Positions 10,364-19,750 of a DNA stretch of 30,064 nt are shown here, piece by piece. Position numbers and translations under genes: made by a program. Under the pieces are notes generated by a model, which was not told where the DNA came from, searched no databases, and saw only the letters and a program-made list of their open reading frames with translations. Every line of letters begins with the position of its first letter. Positions within the stretch are counted from its first letter, which is position 1. The DNA is from Oscillospiraceae bacterium. Lineage in GTDB: Bacteria > Bacillota > Clostridia > Oscillospirales > UBA929. The DNA is taken from contig WRLW01000001.1 of assembly GCA_009777435.1 (NCBI GenBank), positions 1 through 30,064 on the forward strand, read 5' to 3'.

Positions 10364-10426
10364 GCGGCGGCCCATAATTTTTATATAACGCCGCCGCCGG
10401 GACGGCTTTGGAGCGCCCCGGAGGGG

Positions 10427-11839
10427 TCAGTCGGTATTAAACTCGCCCGTAAGCGATGATATGGTGGCCTTCGCGTCCCCGTATATCATAAGGGTATTTC
10501 CCATATGGAACAGCTCGTTTTCGATTCCTGAGAAGCCCTTGCCCTTACCGCGCTTGAGGACGAACACCGTTTTGGCCTCATAAGCCTTTATGATGGGCAT
10601 ACCGTATATGGGCGACGAAGGCTCCGTTTCCGCGGCGGGGTTTACAACGTCGTTGGCCCCGATGACGATAGCAACGTCTTGCGCGGGCATGATCGGGTTC
10701 GTTTCCTCCATTGTTTTAAGCTGCTCATAAGGGATATCCGCCTCGGCCAGCAGGACGTTCATGTGACCGGGCATACGTCCGGCGACCGGGTGTATGGCAA
10801 AGCTTACCTCGGCGCCGTTTTGCTCAAGCTTCGACGCAAGCTCCTTGACGACGTGCTGCGCCTGCGCGACGGCCATACCGTAGCCCGGTATGAACACCAC
10901 CGACTGGGCGGCCTCCAGAATTAAATACGCGTCCTCGACCGATATGGCCTTGGGCTCGGCTTGGGGGCCTTTTTTGCCGGAGGACGATTCGGAAGCGCCA
11001 AACCCGCTGAAGAGAAGGTTGCTGATAGAACGGTTCATGGCCTTGCACATTATCAGTGTGAGGACTACGCCCGAAGCGCCCACTAAGCATCCGGCCACTA
11101 TCAATACCGTGTTGGAGATTATGAAACCGGCCATAGACGCGGCCAATCCCGAAAAGCTGTTCAGCAGGGATATGACGACCGGCATATCGCCGCCGCCTAT
11201 GGGCAGCACCGCGGTAAAGCCCAGTATAAGCGCGAGCGCCGTGAGGGTTATGACCATGACGGTCTTTACATAAACGTCGATGCCGGGTATGACGTAGATA
11301 ACTATGGCGGAGAGCGAAACCAAGATGAGCAGCAGGTTAATGGGCTTCTGCCCCTTGAATAAAATCGCGCGCCCCGTGATTTTTTCCGCAAGCTTGGCCC
11401 ATGCCAATACGGAGCCGGTAAAGGTTATCGCGCCGATCAAAATGGTCAGCCCTATGGACACGGCGCTGACCAAATCGCTGCCCTCGGGGTCTTTAAGGAA
11501 CTCCGACAAGGCGACCAGCAAAGACGCGAGGCCTCCGAAGCCGTTAAAAAGCGCCACCAATTCGGGCATCCCCGTCATCTTTACCCTTTTGGCCCATATG
11601 ACGCCGACGGCCGAGCCTATAACGATGCTTATAAAGCACCACAGATATCCGTTCTGCATCCAGTCCGAGGTGTTCCACGACGCCGCGACGTCCTTTTCGC
11701 AAAGCACCGCGACGACGGCTATCAGCATACCAAGGGAGGAAATAAAGTTGCCCTGACGCGCGGTTTTTACTTTATTGAGCCTCTTTATACCTATGATGAA
11801 TAAAACGCAGGCCACTATATACGCGAGATTGATAAGCAT
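10427..11839 (-). CDS. pntB: NAD(P) transhydrogenase subunit beta
   Basis: MPELVALFNGFGGLAS, IGGGDMPVVISLLNSFSG, IPGYGMAVAQAQH, HPVAGRMPGHMNVLLAEA, GANDVVNP. Start ATG 11839 overlaps the upstream stop (TAATG). Confidence 0.95.
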   Translation of the reverse strand: MLINLAYIVACVLFIIGIKRLNKVKTARQGNFISSLGMLIAVVAVLCEKDVAASWNTSDWMQNGYLWCFISIVIGSAVGVIWAKRVKMTGMPELVALFNGFGGLASLLVALSEFLKDPEGSDLVSAVSIGLTILIGAITFTGSVLAWAKLAEKITGRAILFKGQKPINLLLILVSLSAIVIYVIPGIDVYVKTVMVITLTALALILGFTAVLPIGGGDMPVVISLLNSFSGLAASMAGFIISNTVLIVAGCLVGASGVVLTLIMCKAMNRSISNLLFSGFGASESSSGKKGPQAEPKAISVEDAYLILEAAQSVVFIPGYGMAVAQAQHVVKELASKLEQNGAEVSFAIHPVAGRMPGHMNVLLAEADIPYEQLKTMEETNPIMPAQDVAIVIGANDVVNPAAETEPSSPIYGMPIIKAYEAKTVFVLKRGKGKGFSGIENELFHMGNTLMIYGDAKATISSLTGEFNTD

Positions 11840-12132
11840 TACTTCCTGTCCTCCTTCTTGCGGAACATACGCAGCATACGGTCGGTTATCAGATATCCGC
11901 CCACTACGTTTATGGCCGCGAATATCACGGCCAGAAAAGACAGGATCATCCCAAGCGTCCCCGTGGCCTGCACGGCGCACACCGCCAAAGCGCCCACTAT
12001 GGTTATGCCCGATATGGCGTTTGTGCCCGACATCAGGGGCGTGTGCAGCTGTGAGGGCACCTTTGATATAAGCTCTACACCCAAAAACGCCGCGATTACG
12101 AATATGAATATGAGGAATACTATATTTTCCAT
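11839..12132 (-). CDS. pntAB: NAD(P) transhydrogenase subunit alpha part 2 (membrane)
   Basis: LHTPLMSGTNAISGI and INVVGGYLITDRMLRMF motifs; three hydrophobic helices; AAGGAG RBS. Confidence 0.93.
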   Translation of the reverse strand: MENIVFLIFIFVIAAFLGVELISKVPSQLHTPLMSGTNAISGITIVGALAVCAVQATGTLGMILSFLAVIFAAINVVGGYLITDRMLRMFRKKEDRK

Positions 12133-12149
12133 TTAAGGGCGCTCCTTTG

Positions 12150-13271
12150 CTATCTGAATTTTTCGTGTACGATCTTATGGCCGTCCGTTATGAGACAGCC
12201 GGACATGATTTCATCGGAGGCGTCTGCCTTTAACGACTTGCTTTCGCCGTCCCAGAAGTGGGTCAAAAACGCGGTGATATTCCCGGAGAACATATTCGAG
12301 GCGTCCTTGGGGACGAAGCGCTCAAGGCCGTCTCCGCCCAAGATGACTACGCCGTTATCCAAAATAACTTCCTTTTCGGGGTCTGAGCCTTCAACGTTGC
12401 CGCCGGTTCTGACCGCCATGTCGATTATGACCGAGCCGGGCTTCATCTGCCGCGTCATATCACTGGTCAGCAAAACGGGGGCCTTGCGCCCGAATACCTT
12501 CGCGGTGGTTATAACTATGTCCGACTGCGCGCACACCTTTGCCTGCGCCTTGCGCTGCAGCGCTACCTGCTCGGGCGTCAGCTCTTTGGCATAGCCCTGT
12601 TCGGTCTGCCCGGTCTCCCCCAAGTCGATTTTTACGAATTTGGCCCCCAAGGATTTCACCTGCTCCTCGACGACGGGCCTCGTGTCGAACGCCTCGACCC
12701 GCGCGCCCATCCGTTTGGCCGTGGCGATGGCCTGCAGTCCCGCGACGCCGACGCCTATGATAAAGACCTTGGCGGGGGAGATCGTTCCCGAGGGCGTCAT
12801 CATCATGGGGAATATCTTGGGGAGCCTCGAGGCCGCCAATACGACCGCGTAATAGCCCGCCAGCGACGCCTGAGAGCTTAGGATATCCATTTTCTGCGCT
12901 AATGTCGTACGGGGGATCATTTCAAGGCTGACAAGCCTTATGCCGGCCGCGGCGAACTCGCCTATGGCGGCCCGCTCGTTGAAAACGTCGAATGAGCTGA
13001 TATGAAGCGTATGCTCGCGGAGGCCCTCTATGCCGCCGGGCTTGTTGACGCGCACAACGATGTCGGCAAACTCACAGCCCTCGCCGTAGGTCTGCACTAT
13101 CTTCGCGCCGGCTTCCGCGTATTCGCGGTCGCCGCAGCCGGTTTTAAGCCCCGCGCCGCTTTGCACCGCCAGCTCATATCCCATCCGGGCCAGCTTGGCA
13201 ACGTCGGAGGGGACGAGCGCCGTTCGCGTCTCGTTTTTATCGGTTTCCCTGCACAAAAAAACTTTGTTCAT
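12150..13271 (-). CDS. pntAA: NAD(P) transhydrogenase subunit alpha part 1 (NAD-binding domain I)
   Basis: ETRTALVP, IPRTTLAQKMDILSSQA, Rossmann IIGVGVAGLQAI, DTRPVVEEQV, GGNVEGS. Confidence 0.93.
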   Translation of the reverse strand: MNKVFLCRETDKNETRTALVPSDVAKLARMGYELAVQSGAGLKTGCGDREYAEAGAKIVQTYGEGCEFADIVVRVNKPGGIEGLREHTLHISSFDVFNERAAIGEFAAAGIRLVSLEMIPRTTLAQKMDILSSQASLAGYYAVVLAASRLPKIFPMMMTPSGTISPAKVFIIGVGVAGLQAIATAKRMGARVEAFDTRPVVEEQVKSLGAKFVKIDLGETGQTEQGYAKELTPEQVALQRKAQAKVCAQSDIVITTAKVFGRKAPVLLTSDMTRQMKPGSVIIDMAVRTGGNVEGSDPEKEVILDNGVVILGGDGLERFVPKDASNMFSGNITAFLTHFWDGESKSLKADASDEIMSGCLITDGHKIVHEKFR

Positions 13272-13360
13272 AAGCTACATCCTTCTTATGAAATATAAAG
13301 ACGCCAACCAACAGCCTGAAGAAACAGGTGCCGGCAAACGCCTTTGTCTGCTCGGTGAAG

Positions 13361-13390
13361 AGTATATCAAATACCGGGATAATTTGTCAA
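13361..13390 (-). promoter_or_regulatory. probable sigmaA promoter of the pnt operon
   Basis: Minus strand TTGACA-18 bp-TATACT with an extended TG (TGATATACT), about 90 bp upstream of pntAA. Confidence 0.55.
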
Positions 13391-13409
13391 GTAAAATTTA
13401 CAGGATTTT

Positions 13410-13459
13410 CGCGTCCCCCCGTCACCGCGGGTCAGACCCGCGATGACGAAAGGGGCGCG
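13410..13459. repeat. long intergenic palindrome (possible terminator or mRNA stabiliser)
   Basis: CGTCA-C-CGCGGGTC-A-GACCCGCG-A-TGACG core flanked by CGCG.CCCC / GGGGCGCG; no U-tract on the minus strand. Confidence 0.5.
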
Positions 13460-13527
13460 GTTTCCACAAGGCCCCGGCACGGATGGGGCTGTTTATGGCG
13501 CTTGGGCCGTTCTATGGGTTGCCGGAG

Positions 13528-16410
13528 TTACGGCGTCAGTGCGAATACGGCGCTGTCCACCGTTCCCGGGGCTTTGCCGGTGCCGGGTTCGGTGTAGAAC
13601 ACCCGGACAAAGACGTGAGTTACTGTTGGCCCAGGTGTGGTAAGAGTTGCGGTCGTCATTCCAGATATGGGGGTCGGGTCGGCTTTACTCGCATTAGTGC
13701 TATACCACTGATACGAAAGCACTCCGCTTCCGCCGGCGGGGACGGCGGCACCGACGGTCGGTGAAGTTGCGGTCGGCTGCGTGCCAATTGTGGGCGCGGG
13801 CGAGGTGGCCGACACCACCGTTACCTTGACGACAACGCTGTCAAGCGAAGCCGCGTTTTTGTTGGGTTCTTTGCTTGTCACGCGGACGAAGTAGAAATAC
13901 TCGCCCGTAGCTAAAGTTTTCGGGATGGTAAGCGTCGCGGTTCCGGCGTTCTTGTGTCCCCAGGTCGTATCCGCGTCGGTAATCATTTGCGGGCTTCCCT
14001 TGCTTGCGTTGGCGCAGCGATACCAGCGGTAAGAGAGGATCGAGGTCGGGGTGCCTGTGGCGACGACGGTTAGCTGCCCGTCCTCGTAACCCATATTGAT
14101 AGGCACAGGCTGCGTGATAATTTCGGGCGGGTCGGAGGTTTCAGGCAGGACTATGACTAAATCCTCCGGCGGATCGGGCGGCTCCATGCCCGGCGCGAGG
14201 AACCACGCGGCGGCAACCGCGTCCTTGCCGTTGGTGGCCTTGCCCCAGTAGATATGTATCGAGCCGTTGATGCTCGCGGAGGCCCCGGTGTAGCCTGTGC
14301 CGTCCTTGTCGGCCTTGGCTGTGGCCTTTAGGCGCGTGTCGGGGATGGAGGTAATGGAGGCGGTCAGCGCGGGCAGGCCGCCCCATTTTTTGCTTGTGGC
14401 GTTCCAAATCTCATATTTTCTCGAATCCAGCTTGATCTTGCCGTTGGGAGCGGGTATGGCCACGGCCTCTTCGGGCATCTCTATCCTCGGCGCGAGCTTA
14501 ATATTCTGTATGCGGCTGGCCGGCTTCTTCGCGGTGGCCGTCATCCAGGCGCGGACGGAGCCTTCCGCCGCTCCTATGGCGCTCTCAATGGATACGCCCT
14601 TTAGCTCGGGCGTCCCCTTCGCGTATATCACGGTCTCGATGCCCGTGCCGCTGAGAGACATCCCCACTTTGGGCTTTATGTTCTCCAGCTTATAGTTAAC
14701 CTTAATCTTGGGCTGCGCGAGCTGGCCGGAGGCCGTTACTTTATAGAGCTTGCTCGCCGCTTTCGCGTTGCCGTCATTGCCGCCCACGGGCGCGCCGCGC
14801 ACTAAGTAGACGGTTTTAGCCGGCTTCTGCCCCGCCTCTGTGGGCATGACGTTGATGCCCTGCGCCCCTCTGAAGCGGCCCCAGCCGTCCTCGTCGGGGT
14901 CTTTTTTGTTGGAGGCGGCCACCGCGATTTGCAGGCCGCTCAAATCGGAGGCCTCGGTCGCGTTTTTGGGGGTAAGCGTCCACTGGCCGGGGGTTTCGCT
15001 TGTGTTGTCGGGATATATCGAATAGTTGACGGTAAGCTTGGTCACGGAGGGACGCGCGGCGATTTTGGCAAACGCTATGATGGTCGCGCCGGGCACGGCG
15101 GCCGTCTCCCCCTCGGCCGCTTTTCCGGCGATGGGCTTTTTGGTGGCCCTGTCAATTTCGAGATTAGACAGATGCAGTGTCAAATCCTTGCTCAGCAGCT
15201 TGCTGAATTCGGCCGGCGGCGCGCCGGATTTCCAATTGCCGCCGCCGTCGATGCTGAAAGCGGCGACCGTGAAGCCGCTCGGCAAGGTCAGCTTTTCAGC
15301 GTCAAGGTCTATAATCGCGCTGTCGGCGGTGTAGGTGTTTGGGTCTGTGCTGTGCGCCGCGTCCTTAACCGGCGTGGCCGTCACGAGGGCGGAGGAGGGC
15401 ACATAAGCGATATTGTGCTTGCCTCCGCCGGACTGAAAGGTTGGGCGGGAGCCGCCGCTCTTGATTGTCCAGGTTTCTTCAAAATCCCAGCCCAATTCAA
15501 TCCACGTTTCAGGTTTTTTCACTTGCTCCGCGGTGATGTCATGGCCATCTTCTTCGATAATGTAGGTGGTTTTTTCCAGCGATGTGCTGCCATATTTGAG
15601 AACCACTGATTCAGATGCGTAGTTTTCTTCATAGGTTCCCGAATCCTTCTTTGCTATGCGAAAAACAGCAGTGGATGCGTCCTTTGTCGTCACGCTTGTG
15701 TTCAGCGACACGCTTCTTTTGATGGCGCCGCTTAAATTTACGCTTGCTATGCCGCCGACTAACTTATCGGCGCTAATCTCGGCGGTGCTGTAGCAAAACT
15801 CTATGAGGCCGCTGTTCTGGCCCACTATACCGCCGAAATTTCCCGGATCTGTACCCCCTCCGGTTATTTTGCCGGTCACATAGCAGTTGGAAATCGTGCC
15901 GCCACTCTCATTCACACCCGCTATTCCCCCAGCGTACGAACGAGCGGTAATGTTGATGTTCTCAAGACCGAGGTTTTTCACAACGCCGCCATCCCGAATG
16001 TTGTTGAACAAGCCTTGATTAACACCAAAGGTTTCATGGTCTTTCGGTTCGTTAGCGTATCCGGTTCTGTTAATGGTCAGTCCGGTGATTACAAACCCGC
16101 CGCCGTCGTATGTACCCACAAAATAGCCTTCCGCGGCACTGAGGTTGGCTCCGGGTGTGCCGGGGTAGCCGTTTCCGCCTATGGGCATCCAGTTGGTGTA
16201 AGACGAGATATCAATGTCGGCTATTTGCTTGTAGTGGGCGTCCATCGTCCAGCCGTCCTCTCCGCTGCCGACCTTTCGCAGGGTCGCCGCTGTGCTGACA
16301 ATGAACGGGCTTTCGGCCGTGCCGGACGCTTGCGCCGACGGCGCCGCCGCCGTCACTAAAGAGAGAGCCATGATGGCCGCGAGGGTTAGCGATAACACTT
16401 TCCGTTTCAC
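13528..16410 (-). CDS. secreted modular protein A (about 960 aa): signal peptide, GLUG-like repeat region, shared Lys-rich module, two Ig-like repeats
   Basis: Signal peptide KRKVLSLTLAAIMALSLVTAAAPSAQA. FVGTYDGGGFVITGLTI, VKNLGLEN, AGGIAG and FGGIVG are GLUG-type motifs. C-terminal LSYRWY / LSYQWY repeats. Start GTG 16410 lies 7 nt after GGAGGT. Confidence 0.8.
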   Translation of the reverse strand: MKRKVLSLTLAAIMALSLVTAAAPSAQASGTAESPFIVSTAATLRKVGSGEDGWTMDAHYKQIADIDISSYTNWMPIGGNGYPGTPGANLSAAEGYFVGTYDGGGFVITGLTINRTGYANEPKDHETFGVNQGLFNNIRDGGVVKNLGLENINITARSYAGGIAGVNESGGTISNCYVTGKITGGGTDPGNFGGIVGQNSGLIEFCYSTAEISADKLVGGIASVNLSGAIKRSVSLNTSVTTKDASTAVFRIAKKDSGTYEENYASESVVLKYGSTSLEKTTYIIEEDGHDITAEQVKKPETWIELGWDFEETWTIKSGGSRPTFQSGGGKHNIAYVPSSALVTATPVKDAAHSTDPNTYTADSAIIDLDAEKLTLPSGFTVAAFSIDGGGNWKSGAPPAEFSKLLSKDLTLHLSNLEIDRATKKPIAGKAAEGETAAVPGATIIAFAKIAARPSVTKLTVNYSIYPDNTSETPGQWTLTPKNATEASDLSGLQIAVAASNKKDPDEDGWGRFRGAQGINVMPTEAGQKPAKTVYLVRGAPVGGNDGNAKAASKLYKVTASGQLAQPKIKVNYKLENIKPKVGMSLSGTGIETVIYAKGTPELKGVSIESAIGAAEGSVRAWMTATAKKPASRIQNIKLAPRIEMPEEAVAIPAPNGKIKLDSRKYEIWNATSKKWGGLPALTASITSIPDTRLKATAKADKDGTGYTGASASINGSIHIYWGKATNGKDAVAAAWFLAPGMEPPDPPEDLVIVLPETSDPPEIITQPVPINMGYEDGQLTVVATGTPTSILSYRWYRCANASKGSPQMITDADTTWGHKNAGTATLTIPKTLATGEYFYFVRVTSKEPNKNAASLDSVVVKVTVVSATSPAPTIGTQPTATSPTVGAAVPAGGSGVLSYQWYSTNASKADPTPISGMTTATLTTPGPTVTHVFVRVFYTEPGTGKAPGTVDSAVFALTP

Positions 16411-16499
16411 AGTAAATACCTCCATGTTTAATGATTTGGATCCTTCCGTTTATTATGCTCAAAGTCGTAATGACCGTGATGCCGCTAAAAGGTTGGCGC

Positions 16500-18551
16500 T
16501 CAGCCGCCTATAATTGTCAACACCTGCTTTTCAAGCACGGTATTGTAAGGCGGGTTGTTGCTGATTACCCGCAAGATATACTCTCCGTCAGGCAAGCTGT
16601 TCAGCACGGGGCTGCCTTGCCGGAACCGTATCATTCCGCTCCCGGCGATGTCTCTCTCGTAATCCGTGTTAAGTACCAGCGGCCGGGGATTCGTCCCGTC
16701 GGTATTGACGATATACGCGGCGGTATAGGCGGCATTGACGCCCGTAAGCGTGGTCGCTTTCCTGCCGTAGCCTCTTTCATCAAGACCCGTAAAGACGATT
16801 TGCTCATATACGTAGCCGGGGGCAGTAAATGGGGTCAGGCTCTTGTCGAAGGTTATCTGAGCGGGAGAACCCGGGAAGCTCGGCAGCTGGGCGTTGTCCC
16901 TTATGGTGAGGGCCTTTGATATAGGCCCGCTGGGGGATATGCTGCCACCCTCAAATGTAAGGCCCTCGAAGTCGTCGTTGAATCTGATTTCAATGGTGTA
17001 GTTCCTGCGCCAATCCATATTCGAGTACCAATCCAAGGGCAGGCTGTCAAACCAGTTCCCATCCGCGTGCAGTATGGTGAGCTGCGTGCCGCTGACGGTG
17101 TAGTCTGCCGGCTCAAGCACCCTTTCCCCGAATTTGATCGAGGTGATGCCTGTAGCGGCGGCGGGGCCGCGCCCCCAGTTAAGGGTTATGTTCAGGTTCG
17201 CCCCGACATAGATCTGATTGCCGTTCACCCCGTATAGGGTGTGTACGCTCATGCCGCCTACCGCGCTGTTTAAGAAGTTGGCGACAATCGTGAAGTTCGG
17301 CGAGGACGTAGGCTCGGTCATACCTTTCGGCAGAACCTCTATCTCGATTTCGTCGCTCGTCGTATCTAACGTGGTCACGTTGTTGTCATACATGAACCGG
17401 ACTTTGACGGAGTAATAGTGTATGCCTACGCCCAGATTTCCGGGCAGGGTATACTCGGGGTCGTCGCCGAAATCGCGGGCTCTCGACGAGAACCGATCCG
17501 AAGGCCCTTTATGCCACCATTCGTATTGAAGCTTTCCGTCGGTAAAGGTGGTTGTGGCGGCCACGGTCAGTGTATGGCCGGTTGTGCCCTCTTCAAAATA
17601 GGCGCTTTCGGGCGGCTCGGTGATTTCGATCTGCAATATCTTGCCGGGGGTCGGTTTGCTGCCGTCGGCTATTATTTCGCCTATGGACATGCCTGTTTTG
17701 TTCTTGCCGTCGCTGTCCGTGTAATCGCCGTAAGTGATTTTGATTTTGCCGCCCGAGCTGGCCGCCTTGGCGTTCGCGCCCTTGGGCACGGCCTTGGCGC
17801 GGATGTAAAACACATGCACCCCCGGCGTGTTTATCTTGGGGAGCTTGCCCCACTTGCTCTTGGCCGGATTGGCTGTGTTTTCCACCCATATCTCATAGGG
17901 CTTCATGTCGGTGGTTATCTTGCCGCTGTTTATGGTGAGCTGCATACTCTCAAACGGGCCGCGCTTGAGCGCGGTGAGGATCTGGTTCTCGGTGGCCGGT
18001 TTTTTCCCCGTGGGCGCTTTGCGCAGCAGCAGCTCGCCGTCCTCGTCGCTTATAAGCGGCTCGGCGTTATAAGGCATAGGCTTCCCCTTGCTGTCGAGCG
18101 GGACGTCCGTCCATTCTTTGCCGCCGTCAAGGGAATATTGGTCGCCCTTTTTCATCTTGATTATCTCGTTTTTGTAGTCGATCTTGTATTTGGTCGGCTT
18201 GCCGTAGTTGGCGGGCGTTAGCTTGGCCGCCTTGCTGGGGGCGCTGCCCGACGCGCGCACGAAAACCGGGGCCTTCGCGGAGCTGCTCGGCTTCATGTCA
18301 AAGCCCGTGAAGCTTACGGCCGTCCACGGGCCGTCCGCGCTCGCGGCCCACTCATACCCGGTCGAGAGCTTTTCGGTCTTGCCTTTCTCGACCAAAAACC
18401 ATTTGGCGGGGTTTGCGGGGTCGTAATACGCCGCAACCTTGGGCGCGGGCGCTTCTCCCGCGGAAGTCGCAAGCGCCGGCGGCGGCAGCGCCGCCATCAG
18501 CGACAGAACCGTCATGGCCGCGAGGGTTAAGGATAACACTTTCCGTTTCAT
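16500..18551 (-). CDS. secreted modular protein B (683 aa): signal peptide, shared Lys-rich module, Ig-like domain, two X2-like Ig domains
   Basis: Signal peptide MKRKVLSLTLAAMTVLSLMAALPPPALA; GGGAGGT RBS; LQYEWW...HYYSVKV Ig-like segment. ITSIKFGERVLEPADYTVSGTQLTI and LVLNTDYERD...LPDGEYIL resemble X2 modules (family call tentative). Confidence 0.8.
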   Translation of the reverse strand: MKRKVLSLTLAAMTVLSLMAALPPPALATSAGEAPAPKVAAYYDPANPAKWFLVEKGKTEKLSTGYEWAASADGPWTAVSFTGFDMKPSSSAKAPVFVRASGSAPSKAAKLTPANYGKPTKYKIDYKNEIIKMKKGDQYSLDGGKEWTDVPLDSKGKPMPYNAEPLISDEDGELLLRKAPTGKKPATENQILTALKRGPFESMQLTINSGKITTDMKPYEIWVENTANPAKSKWGKLPKINTPGVHVFYIRAKAVPKGANAKAASSGGKIKITYGDYTDSDGKNKTGMSIGEIIADGSKPTPGKILQIEITEPPESAYFEEGTTGHTLTVAATTTFTDGKLQYEWWHKGPSDRFSSRARDFGDDPEYTLPGNLGVGIHYYSVKVRFMYDNNVTTLDTTSDEIEIEVLPKGMTEPTSSPNFTIVANFLNSAVGGMSVHTLYGVNGNQIYVGANLNITLNWGRGPAAATGITSIKFGERVLEPADYTVSGTQLTILHADGNWFDSLPLDWYSNMDWRRNYTIEIRFNDDFEGLTFEGGSISPSGPISKALTIRDNAQLPSFPGSPAQITFDKSLTPFTAPGYVYEQIVFTGLDERGYGRKATTLTGVNAAYTAAYIVNTDGTNPRPLVLNTDYERDIAGSGMIRFRQGSPVLNSLPDGEYILRVISNNPPYNTVLEKQVLTIIGG

Positions 18552-19750
18552 GCTGAAATACCTCCCTGTTAATCAATTCGGATCCTTCCGTCTATTCAGC
18601 TCAAGTCGTATATTATGGTGAGGTGAAGCCGGGTAACTCCTTCGGTTTCTCCGACCGAGAATTTGGACTCAGCCACTATACAGCCCGGGAAGAGGTTGAA
18701 CACCGTGTCGTCAACATTCTCGAACTTATATTCCCCGGTGGCGCTCAGCGAGACCTGAAAGCGAATTTTGTCTTGCGGGTATGTACCGTCATCTAAGCCT
18801 TCATATAAAGGCGTTTGCGGCTCGATGATATACCATGTCCCGCCTTCCAAGCCGGGGTTGTAAACGCCGCTCACGGCCTTTAATTTCGCCCGCGGCTGGC
18901 CCACTACGGGCTTCGGGATGAGCAGGCCCTCAAGCTCAGGCGGGTACAGCACGGCGCCGGAGCCGATTTGGGCCGCCGTTATGCCGCTCTTGTTATCGCT
19001 CAGCGAGCCATAAGTCACCTTGAGCGTGCTGCTCAGGCTGGCCGCCTTGGCGCTCGCGCCCTTGGGCGCGGCTTTTACGCGGATGAGAAACTCATGCACC
19101 CCGTCGGTGGTTATTTTGGGGAGCTTGCCCCACTTGCTCTTGGCCGGATTGGCTGTGTTTACTATCCATATCTCATAGTTTTTCATGTCGGAGGTTATCT
19201 TGCCGTTTGCCACGCTCAGCTCCGCGTCGGCAATTACGGCGCGGGGCAGCGACGTTATGGTCTGGGTCTCGGTGGCCGGCTTTTTCCCCGTGGCGCTTTT
19301 GCGCAGCAGCATATCGCCGTCGCCGCCGCTTATAAACAGCTCGGCGTTATACGGTATGGGCTTCCCCTTATCGTCGAGCCGGACATCGGCCCAGGTCTTG
19401 CCGTCGTCGGTTGAATACTGGTCGCCTTTTTTCATCTTGATTATCTCGTTTTTGTAGTCGATTTTGTATTTGGTCGGCTTGCCGTAGTTGGCGGGCGTTA
19501 CCTTGACCGCCTTGCTGGCGGGTATTTTGCCGAATTCCATGGCGCGCACAAAAACCGGGGCTTTGGGCGCGCTGCTCGCTTTTATGTCGAAGCCGGTCTC
19601 GGGCACGGAAGTCCACGGGCCGGTGGCGCTTGAGGCGTATTCATATCCGCCCGTAAGCATTATGGGCGTGTCTGTTTTGACCTTCTCGGTCAAAAACCAT
19701 TTGTCGGGGCTTTTGAGGTCATAATAGGGCGCGAGCTTGGGCGCGGGCGG
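17727..19750. repeat. direct repeat of the module-coding DNA in genes B (about 17727-18452) and C (about 19007-19750)
   Basis: 18141-18220 vs 19421-19500 match at 78/80; 17836-17880 vs 19116-19160 match at 45/45; both offsets are 1280 bp. Confidence 0.9.

Noticed and set aside
13385-13402. Rex operator at the pnt promoter
   Set aside because: The Rex consensus TTGTGAA-N4-TTCACAA does not match in arm sequence or spacing; kept only as an unassigned dyad.
17836-19500. Repeated DNA blocks as a CRISPR array
   Set aside because: Only two copies, inside coding paralogous domains and 1280 bp apart; no repeat-spacer periodicity and no cas genes.
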